This document shows, in pieces, positions 37,538 to 51,398 of a stretch of DNA of 64,000 bases. The position numbers were made by a program, and so were the translations under genes. The stretch's first letter is position 1; each line of letters starts with the position of its first letter. This DNA is from Eledone cirrhosa (lineage: Eukaryota). Location of the stretch: positions 249,922,001 through 249,986,000 of the forward strand of contig OZ024741.1 of the NCBI GenBank assembly GCA_964016885.1, read 5' to 3'. The notes below the pieces were generated by a model. The model was not told the DNA's origin, did no database searches, and saw only the letters and a list, made by a program, of their open reading frames with translations.

Positions 37538-40500
37538 TTCCATCCTTCCAAGGGGAGATAATTTCCAGCCGTCCAAGGGGAGATAATTTCCCGCCAGCCA
37601 AGGGAAGATAATTTTTTAAAAAATCAGGCGGAGATTGTAAAAAAAATCAGGGGGAGATAATTTGTAAAAAAATCAGGGGGAGATAATTTGTAAAAAAAAA
37701 ATCAGGGGGAGATAATTTGTAAAAAAAAATCAGGGGGAGCTAATTTGTAAAAAAAATCAGGGGGAGATAATTTGTAAAAAAAAATCAGGGGGAGATAATT
37801 TGTAAAAAAAAAATCAGGGGGAGATAATTTGTAAAAAAATCAAGGGGAGATAATTTCCAGCCGTCCAAGGGGAGATAATTTTCAGCCGTCCAAGGAGGTA
37901 ATTTCTAGCCGTCCAAGGGGAGATAATTTCCAGCCGTCCAAGGGGAGATAATTTTTTTAAAAAAATCAGGCGGAGATAATTTGTAAACAAAAATCAGGGG
38001 GAGATAATTTGTAAAAAAAAATCAGGGGGAGATAATTTGTAAAAAAAAATCAGGGGTAGATAATTTGTAAAAAAAATCAAGGGGAGATAATTTCCAGCCG
38101 TCCAAGGGGAGGTAATATCTAGCCATCCAAGGGGAGATAATTTCCAGCCGTCCAAGGGGAGATAATTTCCAGCCGTCCAAGGGGAGATAATATCCAGCCG
38201 TCCAAGGAGACATATTTTCCAGCCGTCCAAGGAGAGGTAATTTCTAGCCGTCCAAGGGGAGATAAGTTCCAGCCTCCAAGGGGAGATAATTTCCAGCCAG
38301 CCAAGGGGAGATAATTTGTAAAAAAATCAGGGGGAGATAATTTGTAAAAAAAATCAGGGGGAGATAATTTGTAAAAAAATCAGGGGGAGATAATTTCTAA
38401 AAAAAAAATCAGGGGGAGATAATTTGTAAAAAAAATCAGGGGGAGATAATTTGTAGAAAAAATCAGGGGTAGATAATTTGTAAAAAAAATCAGGGGGAGA
38501 TAATTTGTAAAAAAAATCAGGGGGAGATAATTTGTAAAAAAAATCAGGGGTAGATAATTTTCAGCCGTCCAAGGGGAGATAATTTCCATCCTTCCAAGGG
38601 GAGATAATTTCCAGCCGTCCAAGGGGAGATAATTTCCCGCCAGCCAAGGAGAGATAACATTTAAAAAAATCAGGCGGAGATAATTTGTAAAAAAAATCAG
38701 GGGGAGATAATTTATAAAAAAATCAGGGGGAGATAATTTGTAAAAAAAATCAGGGGTAGATAATTTCCAGCCGTCCAAGGGGAGATAATTTCCATCCTTC
38801 CAAGGGGAGATAATTTCCAGCCGTCCAAGGGGAGATAATTTCCCGCCAGCCAAGGAGAGATAATATTTAAAAAAATCAGGCGGAGATAATTTGTAAAAAA
38901 AATCAGGGGGAGATAATTTGTAAAAAAATCAGGGGGAGATAATTTGTAAAAAAAAATCAGGGGGAGATAATTTGTAAAAAAAATCAGGGGGAGATAATTT
39001 GTAAAAAAAATCAGGGGTAGATAATTTGTAAAAAAAAATCAGGGGGAGATAATTTGTAAAAAAAAAATCAGGGGGAGATAATTTGTAAAAAAATCAAGGG
39101 GAGATAATTTCCAGCCGTCCAAGGGGAGATAATTTTCAGCCGTCCAAGGAGAGGTAATTTCTAGCCGTCCAAGGGGAGATAATTTCCAGCCGTCCAAGGG
39201 GAGATAATTTTTTTAAAAAAATCAGGCGGAGATAATTTGTAAACAAAAATCAGGGGGAGATAGTTTGTAAAAAAAAATCAGGGGGAGATAATTTGTTAAA
39301 AAAAATCAGGGGGAGATAATTTGTAAAAAAAATCAAGGGGAGATAATTTCCAGCCGTCCAAGGGGAGGTAATATCTAGCCATCCAAGGGGAGATAATTTC
39401 CAGCCGTCCAAGGGGAGATAATTTCCAGCCGTCCAAGGGGAGATAATATCCAGCCGTCCAAGGAGACATATTTTCCAGCCGTCCAAGGAGAGGTAATTTC
39501 TAGCCGTCCAAGGGGAGATAAGTTCCTGCCTCCAAGGGGAGATAATTTCCAGCCAGCCAAGGGGAGATAATTTGTAAAAAAATCAGGGGGAGATAATTTG
39601 TAAAAAAAAAATCAGGGGGAGATAATTTGTAAAAAAATCAGGGGGAGATAATTTGTAAAAAAAAAATCAGGGGGAGATAATTTGTAAAAAAAATCAGGGG
39701 GAGATAATTTGTAGAAAAAATCAGGGGTAGATAATTTGTAAAAAAAATCAGGGGGAGATAATTTGTAAAAAAAATCAGGGGGAGATAATTTGTAAAAAAA
39801 ATCAGGGGTAGATAATTTTCAGCCGTCCAAGGGGAGATAATTTCCATCCTTCCAAGGGGAGATAATTTCCAGCCGTCCAAGGGGAGATAATTTCCCGCCA
39901 GCCAAGGAGAGATAACATTTAAAAAAATCAGGCGGAGATAATTTGTAAATAAAATCAGGGGGAGATAATTTGTAAAAAAATCAGGGGGAGATAATTTGTA
40001 AAAAAAATCAGGGGTAGATAATTTCCAGCCGTCCAAGGGGAGATAATTTCCATCCTTCCAAGGGGAGATAATTTCCAGCCGTCCAAGGGGAGATAATTTC
40101 CCGCCAGCCAAGGAGAGATAATATTTAAAAAAATCAGGCGGAGATAATTTGTAAAAAAAATCAGGGGGAGATAATTTGTAAAAAAATCAGGGGGAGATAA
40201 TTTGTAAAAAAAAATCAGGGGTAGGTAATTTGTAAAAAAAATCAGGGGGAGATAATTTGTAAAAAAAATCAGGGGTAGATAATTTGTAAAAAAAAATCAG
40301 GGGGCGATAATTTGTAAAAAAAAAATCAGGGGGAGATAATTTGTAAAAAAATCAAGGTGAGATAATTTCCAGCCGTCCAAGGGGAGATAATTTTCAGCCT
40401 TCCAAGGAGAGGTAATTTCTAGCCGTCCAAGGGGAGATAATTTCCAGCCGTCCAAGGAGAGATAATTTTTTAAAAAAATCAGGCGGAGATAATTTGTAAA

Positions 40501-42392
40501 CAAAAATCAGGGGGAGATAATTTGTAAAAAAAAATCAGGGGGAGATAATTTGTAAAAAAAAATCAGGGGGAGATAATTTGTAAAAAAAATCAAGGGGAGA
40601 TAATTTCCAGCCGTCCAAGGGGAGGTAATATCTAGCCATCCAAGGGGAGATAATTTCCAGCCGTCCAAGGGGAGATAATTTCCAGCCGTCCAAGGGGAGA
40701 TAATATCCAGCCGTCCAAGGAGACATATTTTCCAGCCGTCCAAGGATAGGTAATTTCTAGCCGTCCAAGGGGAGATAAGTTCCAGCCTCCAAGGGGAGAT
40801 AATTTCCAGCCAGCCAAGGGGAGATAATTTGTAAAAAAATCAGGGGGAGATAATTTGTAAAAAAAAAATCAGGGGGAGATAATTTGTAAAAAAATCAGGG
40901 GGAGATAATTTGTAAAAAAAAAATCAGGGGGAGATAATTTGTAAAAAAAATCAGGGGGAGATAATTTGTAAAAAAAATCAGGGGTAGATAATTTGTAAAA
41001 AAAATCAGGGGGAGATAATTTGTAAAAAAAATCAGGAGATAATTTGTAAAAAAAATCAGGGGTAGATAATTTTCAGCCGTCCAAGGGGAGATAATTTCCA
41101 TCCTTCCAAGGGGAGATAATTTCCAGCCGTCCAAGGGGAGATAATTTCCCGCCAGCCAAGGAGAGATAACATTTAAAAAAATCAGGCGGAGATAATTTGT
41201 AAAAAAATCAGGGGGAGATAATTTGTAAAAAAAAATCAGGGGGAGATAATTTGTAAAAAAAAATCAGGGGGTGATAATTTGTAAAAAAAAATCAGGGGGA
41301 GATAATTTGTAAAATAATCAAGGGGAGATAATTTCCAGCCGTCCAAGGGGAGATAATTTTCAGCCGTCCAAGGAGAGGTAATTTCTAGCCGTCCAAGGGG
41401 AGATAATTTCCAGCCGTCCAAGGGGAGATAATTTTTAAAAAAAAATCAGGCGGAGATAATTTGTAAACAAAAATCAGGGGGAGATAATTTGTAAAAAAAA
41501 ATCAGGGGGAGATAATTTGTAAAAAAAATCAAGGGGAGATAATTTCCAGCCGTCCAAGGGGAGGTAATATCTAGCCATCCAAGGGGAGATAATTTCCAGC
41601 CGTCCAAGGGGAGATAATTTCCAGCCGTCCAAGGGGAGATAATATCCAGCCGTCCAAGGAGACATATTTTCCAGCCGTCCAAGGAGACGTAATTTCTAGC
41701 CGTCCAAGGGGAGATAAGTTCAAGCCTCCAAGGGGAGATAATTTCCAGCCAGCCAAGGGGAGATAATTTGTAAAAAAATTAGGGGGAGATAATTTGTAAA
41801 AAAAAATCAGGGGGAGATAATTTGTAAAAAAAAATCAGGGGGAGATAATTTGTAAAAAATATCAAGGGGAGATAATTTCCAGCCCTCCAAGGGGCTATAA
41901 TTTCCAGCCGTGCAAGGGGAGATAATTTCCAGCCGTCCAAGGGGAGATAATTTCCATCCTTCCAAGGGGAGATAATTTCCAGCCGTCCAAGGGGAGATAA
42001 TTTCCCGCCAGCCAAGGGAAGATAATTTTTTAAAAAATCAGGCGGAGATTGTAAAAAAAATCAGGGGGAGATAATTTGTAAAAAAATCAGGGGGAGATAA
42101 TTTGTAAAAAAAAAATCAGGGGGAGATAATTTGTAAAAAAAAATCAGGGGGAGATAATTTGTAAAAAAAATCAGGGGGAGATAATTTGTAAAAAAAATCA
42201 GGGGTAGATAATTTGTAAAAAAAATCAGGGGGAGATAATTTGTAAAAAAAATCAGGGGGAGATAATTTGTAAAAAAAATCAGGGGTAGATAATTTTCAGC
42301 CGTCCAAGGGGAGATAATTTCCATCCTTCCAAGGGGAGATAATTTCCAGCCGTCCAAGGGGAGATAATTTCCCGCCAGCCAAGGAGAGATAA
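37504..42392 (+). repeat. Near-identical copy of ~26,870-31,758 (offset 10,634 bp)
   Basis: Constant offset for ORFs 27360/37994, 29004/39638, 30261/40895 and 31427/42061. Markers GAGCTAAT, GATAGTTT, GGATAGGT and CAGGAGAT. Confidence 0.92.
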
Positions 42393-42454
42393 CATTTAAA
42401 AAAATCAGGCGGAGATAATTTGTAAAAAAATCAGGGCGAGATAATTTGTAAAAA

Positions 42455-45400
42455 AAAATCAGGGGGAGATAATTTGTAAAAAAATCAAGGGGAGATAATT
42501 TCCAACCGTCCAAGGGGAGATAATTTTCAGCCGTCCAAGGAGGTAATTTCTAGCCGTCCAAGGGGAGATAATTTCCAGCCGTCCAAGGGGAGATAATTTT
42601 TTTAAAAAAATCAGGCGGAGATAATTTGTAAACAAAAATCAGGGGGAGATAATTTGTAAAAAAAAATCAGGGGGAGATAATTTGTAAAAAAAATCGAGGG
42701 GAGATAATTTCCAGCCGTCCAAGGGGAGGTAATATCTAGCCATCCAAAGGGAGATAATTTCCAGCCGTCCAAGGGGAGATAATTTCCAGCCGTCCAAGGG
42801 GAGATAATATCCAGCCGTCCAAGGAGACATATTTTCCAGCCGTCCAAGGAGAGGTAATTTCTAGCCGTCCAAGGGGAGATAAGTTCCAGCATCCAAGGGG
42901 AGATAATTTCCAGCCAGCCAAGGGGAGATAATTTGTAAAAAAATCAGGGGGAGATAATTTGTAAAAAAAAATCAGGGGGAGATAATTTGTAAAAAAATCA
43001 GGGGGAGATAATTTGTAAAAAAAAAATCAGGGGGAGATAATTTGTAAAAAAAATCAGGGGGAGATAATTTGTAGAAAAAATCAGGGGTAGATAATTTGTA
43101 AAAAAAATCAGGGGGAGATAATTTGTAAAAAAAATCAGGGGGAGATAATTTGTAAAAGAAATCAGGGGTAGATAATTTTCAGTCGTCCAAGGGGAGATAA
43201 TTTCCATCCTTCCAAGGGGAGATAATTTCCAGCCGTCCAAGGGGAGATAATTTCCCGCCAGCCAAGGAGAGATAACATTTAAAAAAATCAGGCGGAGATA
43301 ATTTGTAAAAAAAATCAGGGGGAGATAATTTGTAAAAAAATCAGGGGGAGATAATTTGTAAAAAAAATCAGGGGTAGATAATTTCCAGCCGTCCAAGGGG
43401 AGATAATTTCCATCCTTCCAAGGGGAGATAATTTCCAGCCGTCCAAGGGGAGATAATTTCCCGCCAGCCAAGGAGAGATAATATTTAAAAAAATCAGGCG
43501 GAGATAATTTGTAAAAAAAATCAGGGGGAGATAATTTGTAAAAAAATCAGGGGGAGATAATTTGTAAAAAAAAATCAGGGGGAGATAATTTGTAAAAAAA
43601 ATCAGGGGGAGATAATTTGTAAAAAAAATCAGGGGTAGATAATTTGTAAAAAAAAATCAGGGGGAGATAATTTGTAAAAAAAAAATCAGGGGGAGATAAT
43701 TTGTAAAAAAATCAAGGTGAGATAATTTCCAGCCGTCCAAGGGGAGATAATTTTCAGCCGTCCAAGGAGAGGTAATTGCTAGCCGTCCAAGGGGAGATAA
43801 TTTCCAGCCGTCCAAGGGGAGATAATTTTTTTAAAAAAATCAGGCGGAGATAATTTGTAAACAAAAATCAGGGGGAGATAATTTGTAAAAAAAAATCAGG
43901 GGGAGATAATTTGTAAAAAAAAATCAGGGGGAGATAATTTGTAAAAAAAATCAAGGGGAGATAATTTCCAGCCGTCCAAGGGGAGGTAATATCTAGCCAT
44001 CCAAGGGGAGATAATTTCCAGCCGTCCAAGGGGAGATAATTTCCAGCCGTCCAAGGGGAGATAATATCCAGCCGTCCAAGGAGACATATTTTCCAGCCGT
44101 CCAAGGAGAGGTAATTTCTAGCCGTCCAAGGGGAGATAAGTTCCAGCCTCCAAGGGGAGATAATTTCCAGCCAGCCAAGGGGAGATAATTTGTAAAAAAA
44201 TCAGGGGGAGATAATTTGTAAAAAAAAATCAGGGGGAGATAATTTGTAAAAAAATCAGGGGGAGATAATTTGTAAAAAAAAAATCAGGGGGAGATAATTT
44301 GTAAAAAAAATCAGGGGGAGATAATTTGTAAAAAAATCAGGGGTAGATAATTTGTAAAAAAAATCAGGGGGAGATAATTTGTAAAAAAAATCAGGGGGAG
44401 ATAATTTGTAAAAAAAATCAGGGGTAGATAATTTTCAGCCGTCCAAGGGGAGATAATTTCCATCCTTCCAAGGGGAGACAATTTCCAGCCGTCCAAGGGG
44501 AGATAATTTCCCGCCAGCCAAGGAGAGATAACATTTAAAAAAATCAGGCGGAGATAATTTGTAAAAAAATCAGGGGGAGATAATTTGTAAAAAAAATCAG
44601 GGGGAGATAATTTGTAAAAAAAATCAGGGGGAGATAATTTGTAAAAAAAAATCAGGGGTAGATAATTTGTAAAAAAAAATCAGGGGGAGATAATTTGTAA
44701 AAAAAAATCAGGGGGAGATAATTTGTAAAAAAATCAAGGGGAGATAATTTCCAGCCGTCCAAGGGGAGATAATTTCCAGCCGTCCAAGGGGAGGTAATAT
44801 CTAGCCATCCAAGGGGAGATAATTTCCAGCCGTCCAAGGGGAGATAATTTCCAGCCGTCCAAGGGGAGATAATATCCAGCCGTCCAAGGAGACATATTTT
44901 CCAGCCGTCCAAGGAGACGTAATTTCTAGCCGTCCAAGGGGAGATAAGTTCCAGCCTCCAAGGGGAGATAATTTCCAGCCAGCCAAGGGGAGATAATTTG
45001 TAAAAAAATCAGGGGAGATAATTTGTAAAAAAAATCAGGGGGAGATAATTTGTAAAAAAAAATCAGGGGTAGATAATTTGTAAAAAAAATCAGGGGGAGA
45101 TAATTTGTAAAAAAAAAATCAGGGGGAGATAATTTGTAAAAAAATCAAGGGGAGATAATTTCCAACCGTCCAAGGGGAGATAATTTTCAGCCGTCCAAGG
45201 AGGTAATTTCTAGCCGTCCAAGGGGAGATAATTTCCAGCCGTCCAAGGGGAGATAATTTTTTTTAAAAAATCAGGCGGAGATAATTTGTAAACAAAAATC
45301 AGGGGGAGATAATTTGTAAAAAAAAATCAGGGGGAGATAATTTGTAAAAAAAATCAGGGGGAGATAATTTGTAAAAAAAATCAAGGGGAGATAATTTCCA

Positions 45401-48400
45401 GCCGTCCAAGGGGAGGTAATATCTAGCCATCCAAAGGGAGATAATTTCCAGCCGTCCAAGGGGAGATAATTTCCAGCCGTCCAAGGGGAGATAATATCCA
45501 GCCGTCCAAGGAGACATATTTTCCAGCCGTCCAAGGAGAGGTAATTTCTAGCCGTCCAAGGGGAGATAAGTTCCAGCCTCCAAGGGGAGATAATTTCCAG
45601 CCAGCCAAGGGGAGATAATTTGTAAAAAAATCAGGGGGAGATAATTTGTAAAAAAAAAATCAGGGGGAGATAATTTGTAAAAAAATCAGGGGGAGATAAT
45701 TTGTAAAAAAAAAATCAGGGGGAGATAATTTGTAAAAAAAAATCAGGGGGAGATAATTTGTAGAAAAAATCAGGGGTAGATAATTTGTAAAAAAAATCAG
45801 GGGGAGATAATTTGTAAAAAAAATCAGGGGGAGATAATTTGTAAAAAAAATCAGGGGTAGATAATTTTCAGCCGTCCAAGGGGAGATAATTTCCATCCTT
45901 CCAAGGGGAGATAATTTCCAGCCGTCCAAGGGGAGATAATTTCCCGCCAGCCAAGGAGAGATAACATTTAAAAAAATCAGGCGGAGATAATTTGTAAAAA
46001 AAATCAGGGGGAGATAATTTGTAAAAAAATCAGGGGGAGATAATTTGTAAAAAAAAATCAGGGGTAGATAATTTCCAGCCGTCCAAGGGGAGATAATTTC
46101 CATCCTTCCAAGGGGAGATAATTTCCAGCCGTCCAAGGGGAGATAATTTCCCGCCAGCCAAGGAGAGATAATATTTAAAAAAATCAGGCGGAGATAATTT
46201 GTAAAAAAAATCAGGGGGAGATAATTTGTAAAAAAATCAGGGGGAGATAATTTGTAAAAAAAAATCAGGGGAGATAATTTGTAAAAAAAATCAGGGGGAG
46301 ATAATTTGTAAAAAAAAATCAGGGGTAGATAATTTGTAAAAAAAAATCAGGGGGAGATAATTTGTAAAAAAAAAATCAGGGGGAGATAATTTGTAAAAAA
46401 ATCAAGGGGAGATAATTTCCAGCCGTCCAAGGGGAGATAATTTTCAGCCGTCCAAGGAGGTAATTTCTAGCCGTCCAAGGGGAGATAATTTCCAGCCGTC
46501 CAAGGGGAGATAATTTTTTTAAAAAAATCAGGCGGAGATAATTTGTAAACAAAAATCAGGGGGAGATAATTTGTAAAAAAAAATCAGGGGGAGATAATTT
46601 GTAAAAAAAAATCAGGGGGAGATAATTTGTAAAAAAAATCAAGGGGAGATAATTTCCAGCCGTCCAAGGGGAGGTAATATCTAGCCATCCAAGGGGAGAT
46701 AATTTCCAGCCGTCCAAGGGGAGATAATTTCCAGCCGTCAAAGGGGAGATAATATCCAGCCGTCCAAGGAGACATATTTTCCAGCCGTCCAAGGAGAGGT
46801 AATTTCTAGCCGTCCAAGGGGAGATAAGTTCCAGCCTCCAAGGGGAGATAATTTCCAGCCAGCCAAGGGGAGATAATTTGTAAAAAAATCAGGGGGAGAT
46901 AATTTGTAAAAAAAAATCAGGGGGAGATAATTTGTAAAAAAATCAGGGGGAGATAATTTGTAAAAAAAAAATCAGGGGGAGATAATTTGTAAAAAAAATC
47001 AGGGGGAGATAATTTGTAGAAAAAATCAGGGGTAGATAATTTGTAAAAAAAATCAGGGGGAGATAATTTGTAAAAAAAATCAGGGGGAGATAATTTGTAA
47101 AAAAAATCAGGGGTAGATAATTTTCAGCCGTCCAAGGGGAGATAATTTCCATCCTTCCAAGGGGAGATAATTTCCAGCCGTCCAAGGGGAGATAATTTCC
47201 CGCCAGCCAAGGAGAGATAACATTTAAAAAAATCAGGCGGAGATAATTTGTAAAAAAAATCAGGGGGAGATAATTTGTAAAAAAATCAGGGGGAGATAAT
47301 TTGTAAAAAAAATCAGGGGTAGATAATTTCCAGCCGTCCAAGGGGAGATAATTTCCATCCTTCCAAGGGGAGATAATTTCCAGCCGTCCAAGGGGAGATA
47401 ATTTCCCGCCAGCCAAGGAGAGATAATATTTAAAAAAATCAGGCGGAGATAATTTGTAAAAAAAATCAGGGGGAGATAATTTGTAAACAAAAATCAGGGG
47501 GAGATAATTTGTAAAAAAAATCAGGCGGAGATAATTTGTAAACAAAAATCAGGGGGAGATAATTTGTAAAAAAAAATCAGGGGGAGATAATTTGTAAAAA
47601 AAAATCAGGGGGAGATAATTTGTAAAAAAAAATCAAGGGGAGATAATTTCCAGCCGTCCAAGGGGAGGTAATATCTAGCCATCCAAGGGGAGATAATTTC
47701 CAGCCGTCCAAGGGGAGATAATTTCCAGCCGTCCAAGGGGAGATAATATCCAGCCGTCCAAGGAGACATATTTTCCAGCCGTCCAAGGAGAGGTAATTTC
47801 TAGCCGTCCAAGGGGAGATAAGTTCCTGCCTCCAAGGGGAGATAATTTCCAGCCAGCCAAGGGGAGATAATTTGTAAAAAAATCAGGGGGAGATAATTTG
47901 TAAAAAAAAAATCAGGGGGAGATAATTTGTAAAAAAATCAGGGTGAGATAATTTGTAAAAAAAAAATCAGGGGGAGATAATTTGTAAAAAAAATCAGGGG
48001 GAGATAATTTGTAGAAAAAATCAGGGGTAGATAATTTGTAAAAAAAATCAGGGGGAGATAATTTATAAAAAAAATCAGGGGGAGATAATTTGTAAAAAAA
48101 ATCAGGGGTAGATAATTTTCAGCCGTCCAAGGGGAGATAATTTCCATCCTTCCAAGGGGAGATAATTTCCAGCCGTCCAAGGGGAGATAATTTCCCGCCA
48201 GCCAAGGAGAGATAACATTTAAAAAAATCAGGCGGAGATAATTTGTAAAAAAAATCAGGGGGAGATAATTTGTAAAAAAATCAGGGGGAGATAATTTGTA
48301 AAAAAAATCAGGGGTAGATAATTTCCAGCCGTCCAAGGGGAGATAATTTCCATCCTTCCAAGGGGAGATAATTTCCAGCCGTCCAAGGGGAGGTAATATC

Positions 48401-51398
48401 TAGCCATCCAAGGGGAGATAATTTCCAGCCGTCCAAGGGGAGATAATTTCCAGCCGTCCAAGGGGAGATAATATCCAGCCGTCCAAGGAGACATATTTTC
48501 CAGCCGTCCAAGGAGACGTAATTTCTAGCCGTCCAAGGGGAGATAAGTTCCAGCCTCCAAGGGGAGATAATTTCCAGCCAGCCAAGGGGAGATAATTTGT
48601 AAAAAAATTAGGGGGAGATAATTTGTAAATAAAAATTAGGGGGAGATAATTTGTAAAAAAAAATCAGGGGGAGATAATTTGTAAAAAAAATCAAGGGGAG
48701 ATAATTTCCAGCCGTCCAAGGGGAGATAATTTTCAGCCGTCCAAGGAGAGGTAAATTCTAGCCGTCCAAGGAGATATAATTTCCAGCCGTCCAAGGGGAG
48801 ATAATTTCCAGCCGTCCAAGGGGAGATAATTTAAAAAAAAAAATCAGGCGGAGATAATTTGTAAACAAAAATCAGGGGGAGATAATTTTTAAAAAAAAAT
48901 CAGGGGGAGATAATTTGTAAAAAAAAATCAGGGGGAGATAATTTGTAAAAAAATTCAAGGGGAGATAATTTCCAGCCGTCCAAGGGGAGGTAATATCTAG
49001 CCATCCAAGGGGAGATAATTTCCAGCCGTCCAAGGGGAGATAATATCCAGCCGTCCAAGGGGAGATAATATCCAGCCGTCCAAGGAGACATATTTTCCAG
49101 CCGTCCAAGGAGAGGTAATTTCTAGCCGTCCAAGGGGAGATAAGTTCCAGCCTCCAAGGGGAGATAATTTCCAGCTAGCCAAGGGGAGATAATTTGTAAA
49201 ATAATCAGGGGGGAGATAATTTGTAAAAAAAATCAGGGGGAGATAATTTGAAAAAAATATCAAGGGGAGATAATTTCCAGCCCTCCAAGGGGCTATAATT
49301 TCCAGCCGTGCAAGGGGAGATAATTTCCAGCCGTCCAAGGGGAGATAATTTCCATCCTTCCAAGGGGAGATAATTTCCAGCCGTCCAAGGGGAGATAATT
49401 TCCCGCCAGCCAAGGGAAGATAATTTTTTAAAAAATCAGGCGGAGATTGTAAAAAAAATCAGGGGGAGATAATTTGTAAAAAAATCAGGGGGAGATAATT
49501 TGTAAAAAAAAAATCAGGGGGAGATAATTTGTAAAAAAAAATCAGGGGGAGCTAATTTGTAAAAAAAATCAGGGGGAGATAATTTGTAAAAAAAAATCAG
49601 GGGGAGATAATTTGTAAAAAAAAAATCAGGGGGAGATAATTTGTAAAAAAATCAAGGGGAGATAATTTCCAGCCGTCCAAGGGGAGATAATTTTCAGCCG
49701 TCCAAGGAGGTAATTTCTAGCCGTCCAAGGGGAGATAATTTCCAGCCGTCCAAGGGGAGATAATTTTTTTAAAAAAATCAGGCGGAGATAATTTGTAAAC
49801 AAAAATCAGGGGTAGATAATTTGTAAAAAAAATCAAGGGGAGATAATTTCCAGCCGTCCAAGGGGAGGTAATATCTAGCCATCCAAGGGGAGATAATTTC
49901 CAGCCGTCCAAGGGGAGATAATTTCCAGCCGTCCAAGGGGAGATAATATCCAGCCGTCCAAGGAGACATATTTTCCAGCCGTCCAAGGAGAGGTAATTTC
50001 TAGCCGTCCAAGGGGAGATAAGTTCCAGCCTCCAAGGGGAGATAATTTCCAGCCAGCCAAGGGGAGATAATTTGTAAAAAAATCAGGGGGAGATAATTTG
50101 TAAAAAAAATCAGGGGGAGATAATTTGTAAAAAAATCAGGGGGAGATAATTTCTAAAAAAAAAATCAGGGGGAGATAATTTGTAAAAAAAATCAGGGGGA
50201 GATAATTTGTAGAAAAAATCAGGGGTAGATAATTTGTAAAAAAAATCAGGGGGAGATAATTTGTAAAAAAAATCAGGGGGAGATAATTTGTAAAAAAAAT
50301 CAGGGGTAGATAATTTTCAGCCGTCCAAGGGGAGATAATTTCCATCCTTCCAAGGGGAGATAATTTCCAGCCGTCCAAGGGGAGATAATTTCCCGCCAGC
50401 CAAGGAGAGATAACATTTAAAAAAATCAGGCGGAGATAATTTGTAAAAAAAATCAGGGGGAGATAATTTATAAAAAAATCAGGGGGAGATAATTTGTAAA
50501 AAAAATCAGGGGTAGATAATTTCCAGCCGTCCAAGGGGAGATAATTTCCATCCTTCCAAGGGGAGATAATTTCCAGCCGTCCAAGGGGAGATAATTTCCC
50601 GCCAGCCAAGGAGAGATAATATTTAAAAAAATCAGGCGGAGATAATTTGTAAAAAAAATCAGGGGGAGATAATTTGTAAAAAAATCAGGGGGAGATAATT
50701 TGTAAAAAAAAATCAGGGGGAGATAATTTGTAAAAAAAATCAGGGGGAGATAATTTGTAAAAAAAATCAGGGGTAGATAATTTGTAAAAAAAAATCAGGG
50801 GGAGATAATTTGTAAAAAAAAAATCAGGGGGAGATAATTTGTAAAAAAATCAAGGGGAGATAATTTCCAGCCGTCCAAGGGGAGATAATTTTCAGCCGTC
50901 CAAGGAGAGGTAATTTCTAGCCGTCCAAGGGGAGATAATTTCCAGCCGTCCAAGGGGAGATAATTTTTTTAAAAAAATCAGGCGGAGATAATTTGTAAAC
51001 AAAAATCAGGGGGAGATAGTTTGTAAAAAAAAATCAGGGGGAGATAATTTGTTAAAAAAAATCAGGGGGAGATAATTTGTAAAAAAAATCAAGGGGAGAT
51101 AATTTCCAGCCGTCCAAGGGGAGGTAATATCTAGCCATCCAAGGGGAGATAATTTCCAGCCGTCCAAGGGGAGATAATTTCCAGCCGTCCAAGGGGAGAT
51201 AATATCCAGCCGTCCAAGGAGACATATTTTCCAGCCGTCCAAGGAGAGGTAATTTCTAGCCGTCCAAGGGGAGATAAGTTCCTGCCTCCAAGGGGAGATA
51301 ATTTCCAGCCAGCCAAGGGGAGATAATTTGTAAAAAAATCAGGGGGAGATAATTTGTAAAAAAAAAATCAGGGGGAGATAATTTGTAAAAAAATCAGG
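42455..51398 (+). repeat. Near-identical ~9 kb copy of ~20,010-29,005 (offset 22,445/22,446, then 22,390 after a 56-bp deletion)
   Basis: ORF offsets 20165/42611, 24110/46556, 26551/48997 and 27746/50136. Markers TCGAGGGG at 20248/42694 and GTCAAAGGGG at 24291/46737. Confidence 0.93.
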
